A DNA stretch of 64,000 bases from Macrostomum lignano (taxonomy: Eukaryota): assembly GCA_002269645.1 (NCBI GenBank), contig NIVC01001388.1:234441-298440 (forward strand). The letters run 5' to 3'. Below, in pieces: positions 51,736 through 63,878 of the stretch. The notes under the pieces were generated by a model that saw only the letters and a list, made by a program, of their open reading frames with translations, was not told the DNA's origin and made no database searches. Position 1 is the first letter of the stretch. The number at the start of each line of letters is the position of its first letter. The translations under genes were made by a program, and so were the position numbers.

Positions 51736-52652
51736 ACCGCTTCATTCACTAAGCCTAGTTGTGGGCATGAATGATAATAAGAAATGTTTATTAATTAGCT
51801 AAAATTACACAAATCAGTTTTTACTAAGCATTACTAAGGAAATTATCAAGAGACACTAGGTTGAAAACATGAAAATGAAAAAAAGCAAAAATTAAAAAGC
51901 ATAAAAGTTCTTTTCTTTTATAAGAGTAAAAGCAATTCAAACTTTAAAAAAAGTGCCTTTACTAAACAATTATAAAACACCCCATAAACTCATTTTAAAA
52001 CACTAAAAAGCAATGGTATTTTAAATATTAATAAAGTAATTTTGCTTAATCATGCTTAATCATTGCTTAAATGGTTGCTTGATATATCTTGAATGTATGT
52101 TTAATGATTCTTTGCTTTGATACAAAATTGAATTACATAAAATTATAAAAAATGGAAGAATAGAATACACTAACTAGAAGATAACTTGTAATAAACAAAA
52201 GAACTAAATTTCTTATTAATAAATCTAATTCTAAGTTTTAATTTCAAGAAACAATAACTCTTTCAGTTTCAATCGATTAGAGGGAAAATTGTGTAAATAA
52301 TTTCTTTAATTTGGATTAATAGCCCTACTATTATCCCTCCCATATATTTTGCCAAAAAGTTCTAGGTGCCATGCTAAAACATGCAAAAACATTAAGCCAC
52401 AGGTAACACTAGACACAAAAAACCATAGTCAATTTTTTTAATTTTAAGTCACTATTGAACTTAGAAGAATTAAAGTTTGAAAGATTCTGACAAGAAATAA
52501 TAATTGATCATTAAAATAATCACAACTTGATAATTAATTCTGACTATAGAAAACATAAAATATTACGTTAAACTTCAGCATAAAATTCTAAAAATGTAGG
52601 GGGATAATTTATAATACTAAGTCGCTTGGTCGCTTGACGCTGTTCGGACGTT

Positions 52653-53014
52653 TAGGCTTTTCACGAAGATCGGAATCAGAATAATTCCGATTCCAGAACC
52701 AGAATCGGTAGGAAAATGAAAAGCTTCGAACCTATTTTATGTTTGCCAGTCTTTACAATTTAATTTTGTCTTTCCTTGACTTTGTTTCTTCTTTGATATG
52801 AAAAAGAACGGAATAATAATTATATACCAATAATAAAAAATTGACGATTTCAAATCTATTTTACTGTTTGTAAACATGACAATGGATCTAGAAAATTCTC
52901 GATCCAAATTCCAGAACCAGAACACGGTTCTGGAACCGATTCTGAAAACGGAACAGACAATATGAAAAGCTTCGAACCGATTCTGGTTCTGGAATCGGTA
53001 ATATGAAAAGCCTA
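52653..53014. mobile_element. MITE-like element with nested inverted repeats, in the NFAT/GRDP divergent intergenic region
   Basis: Outer TAGGCTTTTCA / TGAAAAGCCTA. Inner CCGATTCCAGAACCAGAATCGG (~52687) and its exact reverse complement (~52977). Confidence 0.55.
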
Positions 53015-54245
53015 GCAAGCATGCGCGATGCGCAACACTCGAAGTGCATCGAACTTTAAAACTCGTGGTTATTTAAACTTCGCTAAGTAATGATTAAAAC
53101 ATAATAGGTTTAAATATGGGTACAAAAGCAATCTACCATAAAAAATCATTCTTTATAAACTGCAAGATCTTTTTTTTGAAAATTAAAATTTTTCTTAACA
53201 AAATCTTAACTCTATGATATTGGAAGAGTTTAAGATTTAAAACTTTGTAGCAATAAATTTCATATCAACTTGTTCAACCAAGCCGGCCGAATCTGAATTC
53301 AACTATTTTGGACCAAGAAGCTATACAATCAAAACAAAAGTCAATAGACACAGGTAAATGAGTTAAAAAGGCAATGAAACAAAGTCAGTTTTTCAACTGA
53401 ATGAAAAAAGCAGAAAATCCAACACACGTAAACCGACTGTTTTAAATGCAGGTTTTTTAAAGATTCGCTGTGCAGTGCCTATGCGTCAGTTCAGTCAGTT
53501 AGGAGCCATTGTGACAAAACAACAAGCCTCAGAATAGAAAATAGTACATATCTGTATGGTCAATGGCTAGATGGTCTAGTCATTGACTGACTCTACGATT
53601 GGATATTGCGAAGGTTTCTGTGACATGACAGCTTATTATTATGACATCATGAAAACTTATTATAATGTTTATATATAATTTTGGTTTAAGTAGTTCAAAT
53701 ACATTGCTTTTTGGTTCAGTAAAATGTTTAGTTTGTCTATCTCGACTCGATGTACTATAACTGACTTGTTATCTAATTATCTTGCCAATTGCCATTTTGT
53801 GTTTTAACTCAAATGAAAATTAATACTCTATCTAGGTTTTTTATAGTGTGCTACTTTATTTGTTTCTTGATGTTCATATTTCATTAATTTTATACGCATA
53901 TGTACATATAAATTATAATTGTAAAGGATATTATATCAGTTGATGATTATAGAGATAGGGTCTCTATTAAAAATGAAATAGTTAACTTTACATTTTTGCT
54001 AGAAGTGTTACTAATAGTAATAGTTAGAGGTATCTATAAATATTTTTACCCACTTTTTATTTTTATTTAATGTTTCATTCCTTTAAGTACCTTGTCATAA
54101 TCATGTAGGTTAAATATTGTTTAAATATGGTGTTCATTAAAGCCTTAGATATATATAATTTGGGTAATAGAAATCATTAATTAAAGCAAAAACTAGTTTC
54201 TTTGACAATATAGCTTTATAATGCTTTCAACTTCATTACAGAAGG

Positions 54246-54545
54246 ATGGCATCAGAAAGAATAGAGAAAAATTTTGATCCAAACACAATTGAGGTAAGTG
54301 AGGACTTGGTGTCTATAGCTAGATATCAGCTAGACTTTCTGGAAGCAGTTGACCACAAGCCCATATTGAACAGTGATGCAGTGCTAGACAGGGCGCTACA
54401 CCGCTATGAAACCATGTGGCTTCCACTGTTGTGGAGTAATAAGGACAGCTGCGATTGATGAAGCCGCCATTTGATATGGCCTGGATTGCCCACTGCCACC
54501 AGCTGGCTCCCAGGTGCTACAGGAGTGACGTCATCAACCTGATTG
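54246..54545 (+). CDS. DUF1399/GRDP-like glycine-rich-domain protein exon 1 (contains an apparent -1 frameshift near 54450)
   Basis: EVSEDLVSIARYQLDFLEAVD...ALHRYETMWLPLL, then in another frame MKPPFDMAWIAHCHQLAPRCYRSD. Both match the GRDP first repeat (xxDL...FL..VD...YxxxWLPLL...PPxD.xW.WHCH.L.P..Y..D). Donor G|gttagt. Confidence 0.8.
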
Positions 54546-54624
54546 GTTAGTCGTGGGTGACAATTTAAGAATCCAACCTGACTAAATCCCTACATTATTT
54601 TGAAAATCGGTGCTGTTAACACAT

Positions 54625-55039
54625 TTTGGTGCCGCAGACAGTCAACTTAGCACCGCAGACACTCATTTTAGCGCCGCAGACTCATTTTAGCGCCGCAGAC
54701 ACTCATTTTAGCGCAGCAGACACTCATTTTGGCGCCGCAGACACTCAATTTAGCGCCGCAGACACTCATTTTGGCACCGCAGACACTCATTTTGGCGCCG
54801 CAGACACTCATTTTGGCGCCGCAGACACTCATTTTGGTACCACAGACACTCATTTTGGCACCGCAGACACTCATTTTGGCGCCGCAGACTCATTTTGGCG
54901 TCCTCAAGCAAATGACTGATTTCGATAACGGGTCACAAGAAGGGGCGGGGGGACAAAGCATTGGCATGCCCCGCCCCAGCATAACTTTTACTGCTTTTAC
55001 TGGGGACATGTTCCCCCCCCCAGGGTGGCGGCGCCCCTG
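54625..55039. mobile_element. 21-bp minisatellite (GCGCCGCAGACACTCATTTTG, 54625-54900) followed by one hAT-like end (TGGCGGCGCCCCTG ending 55039) of the same family as 51001-51222
   Basis: The reverse complement CAGGGGCGCCGCCACC...GGGGGG..ACATGTC resembles the left end at 51001. The other end was not found. Confidence 0.55.
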
Positions 55040-55250
55040 TTTGCTACTATCGAGGGGATAATAGATAGTTACCAAAGTGGCGAATGCACAAACACTGCAG
55101 GTGTAGGGATGAGAGCTGGGTAAGAAAGAAATTCAGGTTAAGTAGCAGCCAATCGAAAGGAAGCTAGAGGTGAGGACAGACTCAAAAAGTAAATTGACAG
55201 ATATCGGAGCACTGATAAAACCAATTCCTGCCACTGCATGCAAACTTCAG

Positions 55251-55564
55251 GCTTCGTCCCGGACACGCAGTCGCCCACTCCGGACACCGTTTCCGACGAG
55301 CTGAGCCGCAAGCTCTGGTCCAGCGCTCATCCCAGCGAGCCCTTTGACCTGGACTTGACTGCCGTGGCTGCCGCAGCTCCTGTGGATGGCGCTGGCAGCG
55401 GCTTCGCCAAGTCGCGGCTGACCTACGACATCCGCGGCGCAGCGCAGCGACAGCGGGGCTTCTTCTACAATGTGTCCCTGCCGCACTACAGGGACAGCCA
55501 GTTTCTTCAAGCCAGTCTCAGACGGTACAAACAGTTCCTCAGGCTGCAGCAGCTCTGCCCGCAG
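55251..55564 (+). CDS. GRDP-like exon 2
   Basis: Acceptor acttcag|GC. LWSSAHPSEPFDLDL...YDIRGAAQRQRGFFYNVSLPHYRDSQFLQASLRRYKQFL. Donor CAG|gtgagc. Confidence 0.87.
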
Positions 55565-55627
55565 GTGAGCCGAGTTGGTACAATTCATTAATCCTTGATT
55601 AGTTGATTACCATTAATATTAATACCA

Positions 55628-55868
55628 TGTCCTCTCCCATCTGGCCTCTCCCATCTGGCCTCTCCCCCCTGGCCTCTCCCCTCTGGCCTCTCCCCACTGG
55701 CCTCTCCTTTCTGGCCTCTCCCCTCTGGCCTCTCCCCTCTGGCCTCTGGCCTCTCCCCTCTGGCCTCTCCCCTCTGGCCTCTCCCCTCTGGCCTCTCCCC
55801 TCTGGCCTCTCCCCTCTGGCCTCTCCCCTCTGGCCTCTCCCCTCTGGCCTCTCCCCTCTGGCCTCTCC

Positions 55869-55929
<61 letters not shown>

Positions 55930-55932
55930 CCC
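55628..55932. repeat. 14-bp (CTGGCCTCTCCCCT) and 7-bp (CTGGCCT) tandem repeats, intronic
   Basis: Read directly. Confidence 0.93.
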
Positions 55933-56015
55933 ATCCGCCTACGCCACTGGGCAGAGTATTCAATGTAGTAAAAATACCAAGCCAGGATATACTTCAGTAT
56001 CAAAACGCTGCCCAG

Positions 56016-56233
56016 GAGTTCCTGGTGCCCTGCTACGACATTGACCTGATGTGGCACTCGCACCAGCTCACTCCCCTGGCGTACGAGCGAGACTGTCTGC
56101 GTCTACTCAACCGGGTGCTCAGCCACGATGACAATGTTGGCGACCGAAGCGACGGCAGCAGACTGTCCAAGGCGTACGCCAGGACTGCTGAGCTGTGGCT
56201 GCAGCACTTTGGCCAGAGCTACGCCAGGAGCGG
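56016..56233 (+). CDS. GRDP-like exon 3: DUF1399 core
   Basis: EFLVPCYDIDLMWHSHQLTPLAYERDC...VLSHDDNVGDRSDGSRL...TAELW. Acceptor gcccag|GAG, donor GG|gtattc. Confidence 0.9.
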
Positions 56234-56426
56234 GTATTCAAGAAAATTCATTTTTTCTACTCAGTATTTCTTTTTATGTCAATGAGTAGAATCTTTTTGA
56301 AAACTCAAAAGTCCCATAATAGTACTTTAAGGTTTTACGTCTCCTTACACGGAGCACTTCTAAGAGTCGTAGTAACCAGCACTTATTAGCCAACACTTTT
56401 TGTCAGCAGCCTATAAGGCTTATTCA

Positions 56427-56600
56427 CACCCACCCCATTTCTCTGTCCCCGTTAGTCACCCACCCCATTTCTCTGTCCCCGTTCGTCTCCCACCCCATTT
56501 CTCTGCCCCGTTCGTCACCCACCCCATTTCTCTGCCCCGTTCGTCACCCACCCCATTTCTCTGCCTCGTTCGTCACCCACCCCATTTCTCTGCCCCTGTT
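56427..56600. repeat. 29-bp tandem repeat (CACCCACCCCATTTCTCTGCCCCGTTCGT), about 6 copies
   Basis: Read directly. Confidence 0.88.
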
Positions 56601-56885
56601 ATCGACCACCCACTTTGCCGCCAAATGAGGCATCAAATCACCCGACCGATATAAAAATGAATGAAATCTGATGATCACGAATTTTGGCCCTAGTTAATGT
56701 TGATATGAAGTAGTAACCTTTAGTAGTATTGTTCCAAAGTCAGTACCAACTAGTTTTTTATATATTCTAAAGAGTTACGTTTTCTTAATCCAAATCTCTA
56801 ATTACCTCCAAAGCTATCGGCAAATCTTCAGTTACGAGTAGATTTCTGACGATGAAACCCCATAACAATCCGTGACGCCCTGCAG

Positions 56886-57252
56886 CTGCATGTACCGCGG
56901 CGAGTCCCCAGCTGGCAGGCTGTCCAAGTTCAACCTCAGCTGCCTCCATTCGGGCTGCCAGCGACGCTACCAACTCAGCCTGACCCGCATGGAGCTGACT
57001 GCGCCTCCAACTATCGACCGTTACAAAGTGGTCCTGCTGGCGCCCAAACTGCCGCCTTGCAAGCCTGGTAAGAGGAGACGTCTGGTCGCCATGACGCAGG
57101 CTCAGGGAACTGTCGTTGAGTCTCCCGTAACCGTCTTTGATTACCTTGTTAACGGCGATGGCGACCAGCCTCTGCTGCTAGAGCTGATTGACAAGCGAAA
57201 GAGCTCGACTGGATTGTGCGGCTGCGGCGGTACTATGCTTGGCAATTGCAAG
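56886..57252 (+). CDS. GRDP-like exon 4
   Basis: Acceptor ctgcag|C gives RSG-CMYRGESP (plant GRDP has KAGAMxRG). Donor AAG|gtgaat. Confidence 0.82.
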
Positions 57253-57469
57253 GTGAATGCATTGGTTGCAATTTTGTATACAGCTTGAATAAGATGCGAA
57301 TGTCTAATTCTAGCATTGCACTGATAGTTCCGTAGAACTCTGAAGTTGTGTTAAGGCTAGCTGGAAAATAGTATCGGTCTTGGTCTATGTCAAGTTTGAT
57401 CATACTCGTACTTTTGGACACTCACAGCAGGTGTTGAAACTCAAACAGTAAACCAATTCCTCACCGCAG

Positions 57470-57759
57470 GTCGCTGTATCGGACAGCATAAAGCAGTTGC
57501 CTCCCACCGAGCCAGTTTATAAGCTGGTCTGCGACGCTTCGTTTTCTTACGAAGCTCCAAACTACGGTATCAGCAACTTTGCGGCTGAGCTGACCTTCTC
57601 GTCAAATGTGCCTTGTATTTTCGATTGTAATTTGCGTCTTGTTCCGGGCGACTGGGTTGTTGCGATTATGCCGACGGATGTGCCCAGCCTTTGGGGGCCT
57701 GTGCCGCTGGGTCAAGTGCCCCAAGGTCAGGAGCATCGTTGCATTGTGGCGTCGCACAG
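57470..57759 (+). CDS. GRDP-like exon 5
   Basis: Acceptor caccgcag|GTC, donor AG|gtaata, open frame, phases consistent. Confidence 0.75.
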
Positions 57760-57844
57760 GTAATAATAGATCTGTAGTTTTAGCATATGTCCAATCGAAG
57801 AAGTCATTGGTATGTGCTGTAACAATCTACTCATTCTCTTCCAG

Positions 57845-57995
57845 CCTAGTCACGGAGAGCTCGCAGTTGGTTTTCACAGTTCGAGTGATTCATTCGCAAC
57901 AACTGGGCCAGTCGGTAGTGCAAGTGTTCAACGGTGACAGCATGGTAACCGTAGCTTACATGATTGGCGTTGACCAGTTGCCCACGCCGTCTCAG
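57845..57995 (+). CDS. GRDP-like exon 6
   Basis: Acceptor cttccag|C, donor CAG|gtgagt. FTVRVIHS...VAYMIGVDQLPTPSQ. Confidence 0.78.
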
Positions 57996-58677
57996 GTGAG
58001 TCTTCAACAAACTATTATTTCTCTTGTTTAGTCGATGCAGATTCTTAGTAGGCTACGCAAAAATTCCAGGTTTCCATTAAAACCACGCTCGAATTTTAGT
58101 GTACTTGACTAGCGTTCGCCCCTCCAGGGGTGCTGCTTTGAAAAGGATCAATGATCACTTTATTGATTTGCCATCTGAATTTTTCTAGTGCACAAATGTA
58201 ATAGTGTCCTAGCTTTGATTTTTGGCATCCTTACTATGGACCTGCGTTGCCAAATGTCATCAACGTTCTCCAGACGAATGTTACTTACGATAAACTTGAA
58301 ACGAAAACACTGGTCAGGATTTACGAGGGGATTGCTGAGATGTCAATATTCTTGACGGGGAGGAATGGCCGAGACGTCAAGGTTGATATGTCAGACGCTA
58401 CACATGTATAGTTTATTCAAAAAAATTCATTAAATTCTTCGCTGGCTCTCTAACGGGGGGGGCGCTGATTGCTATTGTGTTTCTAGAAGTAGTGTGGAGT
58501 TCCTAAAATCGTTCGCGCTGATAATTTGCATCTTGAATTTTATTTTGGCATCAAGTATTTAGGCCCACTACGCGAACACAACACAGTGTCAATGTCAACC
58601 AAATTTGAAGTTGAGAAACGTCTCTTCTGGTGAAATTGCATATATGGCCTTTTTCATTTTGTTTAAACTCTTTTCAG

Positions 58678-59924
58678 ATCACTACAGCTAAGCGCGGCCC
58701 GCCCAGCCTCAATCCGGGCGTCAGGCAGCGCGCCTTCATCATCAAAGATGCCGCCGGAGACTGGGGTCTGTTGCTAGGCAACTGGACTGGCCGACGTCGC
58801 GGTGTTCCGGCGACGCCCATGACGCCACCCATTCGAGGAAGTCCGGGCTACCTAGACCTGATTCTGCACAACCTGTCGCCTGATACATCAGGTAACACCA
58901 GTCACAGGATGCGTCTGCCAAACTCGGACAGCTCAGACCAGCACGTGTTTGACTTAGGCGGTATCTACGTTGACCTCAGCAGAGGCAGCGCCTGCATCGA
59001 TGCTCAGTGCCGCTCCGCACCTCAGCTAGTTGCGGCGGCGTTCTGTGCAGCAACTCTAGAGGCCATGTGTCAGCCGCTGCCACCAGCCGCAGCCACAGCC
59101 ACTGGTCAGTTGGCCGACAGTGTCGATTGCCAGAACTCTCAGGTAGCCAACGCCGCTCAGAATCTTGGCGAGAAGATTCGTGTAATCGGCTCACCGAAGC
59201 TTCAATCGTTGGTGACGCACCCGACAACAACTGTGACCCGAGGCCGAGCCACCGTGCGTCGGGTTGACCCGTACTCGGTAGCTTTCTGCCAGGCTACAGG
59301 TGTGCTCTACCTGGACTGGATGCCGCTCCGGTGGCACTGGCACTGCGGCCACTGGTGGCAGAGGGCTCGGCAAGGCAGCGGCAGCAGCGCGGCAGCGGCC
59401 ACAGTTTCGGCTGCGAAGCTGACGCCGTCGGTCTAGCAACAATTGTTGCTACTGGCGGCTTCGACGATCTTCAACAATCTGTTGAAGAGTGCGGCGGTGG
59501 ACTGGACGCCGTCACTGGCGAGGTGACTTTCGATGACGAAGTCGGGATTGGAAACGACTGCTTTGACGCCAGCGGCGGTTGCGGCAGCGGTGATGATACT
59601 GGCTTTGACGCCGGCGGCTGCGGTGGTTGCGGCGGCGGCTTCGGCGGCTTCAGTGGCTTTAGCGGCGGTGATGATACTGGCTTTGACGCCGGCGGCGGCT
59701 TCGGCGGCGGCGGCGATGATACTGGCTTTGACGCCGGCGGCTGCTTCGGCGGCGGCGGCGATGATACTGGCTTTGACGCCGGCGGCTGCGTCGGTGGAGG
59801 CGGGACATGCGCCGGCGGCGGAGATGGCGGCGGTGGCGGCTGCGGAGGAGGCGGTTGCGGAGGAGGCGGTTGCGGAGGAGGTGGTTGCGGAGGAGGCGGT
59901 TGCGGAGGCGGTTGCGGAGGCTGA
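58678..59924 (+). CDS. GRDP-like terminal exon(s) with Gly/Cys-rich tail; frame changes between about 59300 and 59390
   Basis: Acceptor ttttcag|ATC. Frame A runs to TAG at 59436. Frame B (59331-59924) carries GGDDTGFDAGG x4 and (GGGGC)n, ending GGCGG*, the typical GRDP C-terminus. Confidence 0.75.
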
Positions 59925-61464
59925 CAGGTACACCGCTTGCACAAGTTTATTATGATTTATTATGTCTAATAATTCTGTTCCTTGCGATGGAAAACACCTA
60001 TTGAAAACATAAGGCTGCTACATTTACATGTAAGCTTTCAAAATACGTTTGTATCAACCCCAAATCTCTGTATTTATTTTCACAAGATGTTTTACAGTTA
60101 TTTTTGTTTTAACAGCTGCTGGATGCCTAGGCACCTCTTGCACTTCAGTTCAAATCCGTTTTTTGCTCAAGAATTTTACCTTTTATTTTGCAATCAATCA
60201 TTGTTAATATATACAGTTAATTATAATGGAAACTCAGCCACTCATTTTGCGTGTATATGCCTACGTCGACTGTACGTCAAGAGACATTATAAAATGATAT
60301 CATAATTTAAAATCAATTTTGTTTAAACGCTAGATGTTAAATCGCAGTCACGGGAACTAAAATTCTCTGAAAAATATTTTCTTTACATTGACGCGTTCTA
60401 GGATTTTAATAGCTAGCTTTAGACGATAGAACCAATATTTTTTTGGTTTACTTATTTATTAAGAAAAGACAATCGTTCTAGCAAAAGAGCCACGCAAGGA
60501 CAACTAAAGAACGTATATACAGGACGCGACACTCAAAATCTATGGAAAATGTTTTGAAGGCCACTTTTCGCCGAAAAATACACTATGGAGATAGGAAGTT
60601 TTCATTTTTTCAGCACAAAATTGTTATTGCTTTCGATAGGAGGCAGACCCAATGTTGATCTTTTGATATGCTGTGCCGTTCTTATAGCTCTATTGATATT
60701 CATAAAGCTTTTCGGTCAGAAAATTAGGAATCGAAGTAATTTTTTTATTCTACGCACAGTTGCATGTGTCATGTGCCTAAAAACCATTAAAATGGCACAT
60801 TGGTTTTATGAATCTATTTTATCATTCTTGGCTGGCTGTGTAGCAATATGTGTAACAGAGATGATAAATAGATTCATAAAACCAAATATTCGGAGCTGTG
60901 CCATGCATATCTATGATATTTAGATACAGGAAATGTACGTAGAATAAAAAATTAACACATAGAATCCTAATTTTCTGAATGTTATAGGGGGTGTTTAATT
61001 ATTATAAACGATCTCACCGACGTCACCAAGTTGTCGGAGGGGTATTTGAACTAAGTTGGGAATCCTACAATTTCCACCAAATTGTGGTAGTGCTCTAAAG
61101 TTACAAGTTCTATCCTAATAGCTAACACCAAGTTGTTGTAGGTGATTTTTATGCCTATTCACAATTTCACTGCTATTGCCAAGTGGTACTGGGGTGAAAT
61201 TTGTTATGATTCTAGAATTTCATAAAATTAGCTATTAAATTAGTTATGAACTACTAAAAGACTGGGTCACGGAGTTAGGCCTATGGGCTTTCACGTAAGC
61301 ACGGATTGCCCTGGTAGCGCGCAGTGCCCGAGCGGCAAGACACTGTTTAGCTAGAAAAGGGGGGGGGTGACTAAGTCCTAAAGCAGCGCCCTCCAATGGA
61401 TCGAGGTTGCCCGGTGAATTTCAGTTTCCTCTTACGGATTTGCTTTTGTCATATACGACTTCCC

Positions 61465-61603
61465 ATTGGTTGTTCAATTCGAATATTTCTATTGGGATTT
61501 TTCTCCCTCTTCAATTGGCTCTCTACGCCTCTACTGTTCGCGGTTCCGCTATTGGCTTTTAGACTGATCGTCTTGAGCTTTCGGTAAATTCTACCTGGCC
61601 AAT
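61465..61603. promoter_or_regulatory. Cluster of five CCAAT boxes (possible NF-Y-type promoter)
   Basis: ATTGG at 61465, 61491, 61514 and 61551; CCAAT at 61599. No downstream gene identified. Confidence 0.35.
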
Positions 61604-63522
61604 GAGCATTCGCTCTTTATTCTTGGCAAATGAGGAAGGCTTTAGCAAAATTCGCTTATTCAGTTTGTTAGGCAGATAGCCTTGAACCAAAAACTCGGTT
61701 GCCTCTCTGGGCGCTGAATTCGCGTCTATTTATACTACCTAGGTCTACCTAGAATTTTAGCTATGTTTGAAGTCTAAATTTAGTCTATACTACCAAAAAG
61801 AGGGGAGGGGGAGGAAGAGCGTATTCAAACAAATATCTTCCAAAAAAAACGGTCACTAAGAAAAACGGCGGGGATTCAAAATAAACCCTTTCTCATGAAC
61901 GAAAAGCTTTTTGAAGTGACAACCGCGCAGGCTAGGATCATCGATAAGCCAGCCATATAGGATATAGCATTGCAGTGTTCCTGTTTATGCTCTAAAATTT
62001 AAACATACGGAACGTTACAGGCTAGAGCCGCGGTGTCTACATGCAGCCACAATTGGCAGAAATACGGCAGTCGATGTTTAGGCGGCAGAGCTGCTTAAAA
62101 TATTGATCAGAAAAAATCTGCACTGCACACTATAACACAGATCCACAGTCAACCATGAACGCAATTATGCTGATATGTTTAATGTACAATACACATTCTT
62201 TCGAGTCTGCATGTCGACTGCTTGACCATAACTTTTGATATGTACTTCTTCAATATGATCGAGTATGAGTATGAGAGCGGTCACCGACAACTGCAACATA
62301 ACATATATCATGTGGATGTTCTTGGGCCAAGGGCCTTGAGTCCTTAAATGATTTCGATGCTGTCCTCTCCCACCTCGATCAATTATACCTGTACACATGT
62401 AGTGCACCGGTGTCTATTTTTATGCTGCCTTTATTTTTATGGCGAATTTTCCGGACTGTGTGAGGTCCGGACTTGGGTGAAATGCACCTTAATTTATTTC
62501 ATATCTTATTTATAAAAAAAATTTTTTTATAAATATTTGTATAATCTATTTTTGGAATTAAAGTAGTTAGATATATTATTGAAACTGGATGGACTCAAAT
62601 TCTGGGACAACTACACAATTTTAACAGCTACCACAGCACCTAGAAACCTAATACCAAACATAGCACATTTGTGTTTCAAATACAAAAGGAGTTACCATAT
62701 AGTAAAACAATAGTAATAGAGCATGTACAGTAAGTATTGCAGAATAGGAACACACTACTGAATAAATACTGACTAAAATAATTAATAGATAATTTCTAGG
62801 AATGCAGGATACATTATAAAAAAGTACAATCATTCGAATGATATATAAAAATACTTTACAATTACTATTTTTAGTTAATAGGTCTAGGCCTAGTCTTTGA
62901 GTCACTATTGGTCAGATTAGCTATCACTATTTAGCCAGGGGTGTTAACTAATTTGCCTTGGCAATAAACATGTTTAGCAATAGAGATTCACTAGTATAAA
63001 TATAGCAAAAGCAAATTCAGCAGCAATATAGTTGTAACGTTTGGTCTCTGATTCGTCTCGAGGTGGCCTGGCAGGTCTTTGTATCCCACCGCTGCCACCA
63101 GTGAAGTACTTCTCCTTCTCGGGTTCTCGAAGATGTTCCTAGCAAATAGAACCCGCTGCTCCTGAAGAAGCTAGATAGCACCGCAGTACTACCTATCGAT
63201 TTGCCTGAAAATGAACCTAAAAACGTTGGCCTTGACTTGGTAGGGTTGCTGCCACCTTGGTGTGCGGACTCGACGTGTCGGCAGAGTTGTCTATCCGTCA
63301 CCTGAAATAAAATTAACGAAGACACTCGTAGCAAAGGCCAAATCTGAAAATGTCTCAACAGTCGATTGTCTTAGTTGAATGCTACTCAGACCTGAAAACC
63401 TGTAAAACCTGAAATGAGAGAGGAGAGCTCGGAGGCAGAGGCTTCACGAGTTAGCCATAATGCTCCGCGAGACGACGCAGTCTACGACACGGTCTGGAGA
63501 AAATTGGCTCGCAGATGCTCCG

Positions 63523-63878
63523 ATTTATAGACGAGCGACCCCCAAAAGTCACGTGAGTTTCATGCGCGTGAGCGCGTGAAAACTTCCTTATTTGGGCATT
63601 GGAATCATGCGAACGACGCGTGATCCAAGGCCAACTTCCAAATAAGGCAACCCTGTCACGCAGCAGTGGCGTGACTCAAGGTCAGCGGCCACGCACAGAG
63701 TGCGTGCACAGTCACGTGCTTAGTCTGTGCTAAAAATAGAATCGTGGGCGGATGAGTCATCCTGTTTACTCCTCTAGCCCTTACACTCCGCGCAGGTGAT
63801 GAGTCATCCTGCTACGCCTCCTCAGCGCGAGTGGGAAGACATTGAGTGTGGCTGCCGCGCCCGCTCAGCGATGAGTCA
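63523..63878 (-). promoter_or_regulatory. Immediate-early-type promoter/enhancer: TATA, two CArG boxes with ETS cores, two GTCACGTG, four AP-1 sites
   Basis: Minus-strand TATAAAT 63529-63523. CCTTATTTGG 63586-95 and CCAAATAAGG 63638-47, each preceded by ACTT (ACTTCC). GTCACGTG at 63548 and 63711. TGA(C/G)TCA at 63672, 63753, 63800 and 63872. Confidence 0.62.

Noticed and set aside
54290-54300. Perfect donor AG|GTAAGT inside GRDP exon 1
   Set aside because: The residues on both sides (EVSEDLVSIARYQLDFL) align continuously with the GRDP N-terminal motif, so it is treated as coding.
59433-59955. Pro-rich and Ala-rich ORFs overlapping the GRDP tail
   Set aside because: Alternate-frame and antisense shadows of the GGC-repeat coding sequence.
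60585-60923. Hydrophobic 112-aa ORF
   Set aside because: AT-rich, unlike the GC-rich codon style of real exons here; no motif or splice support.
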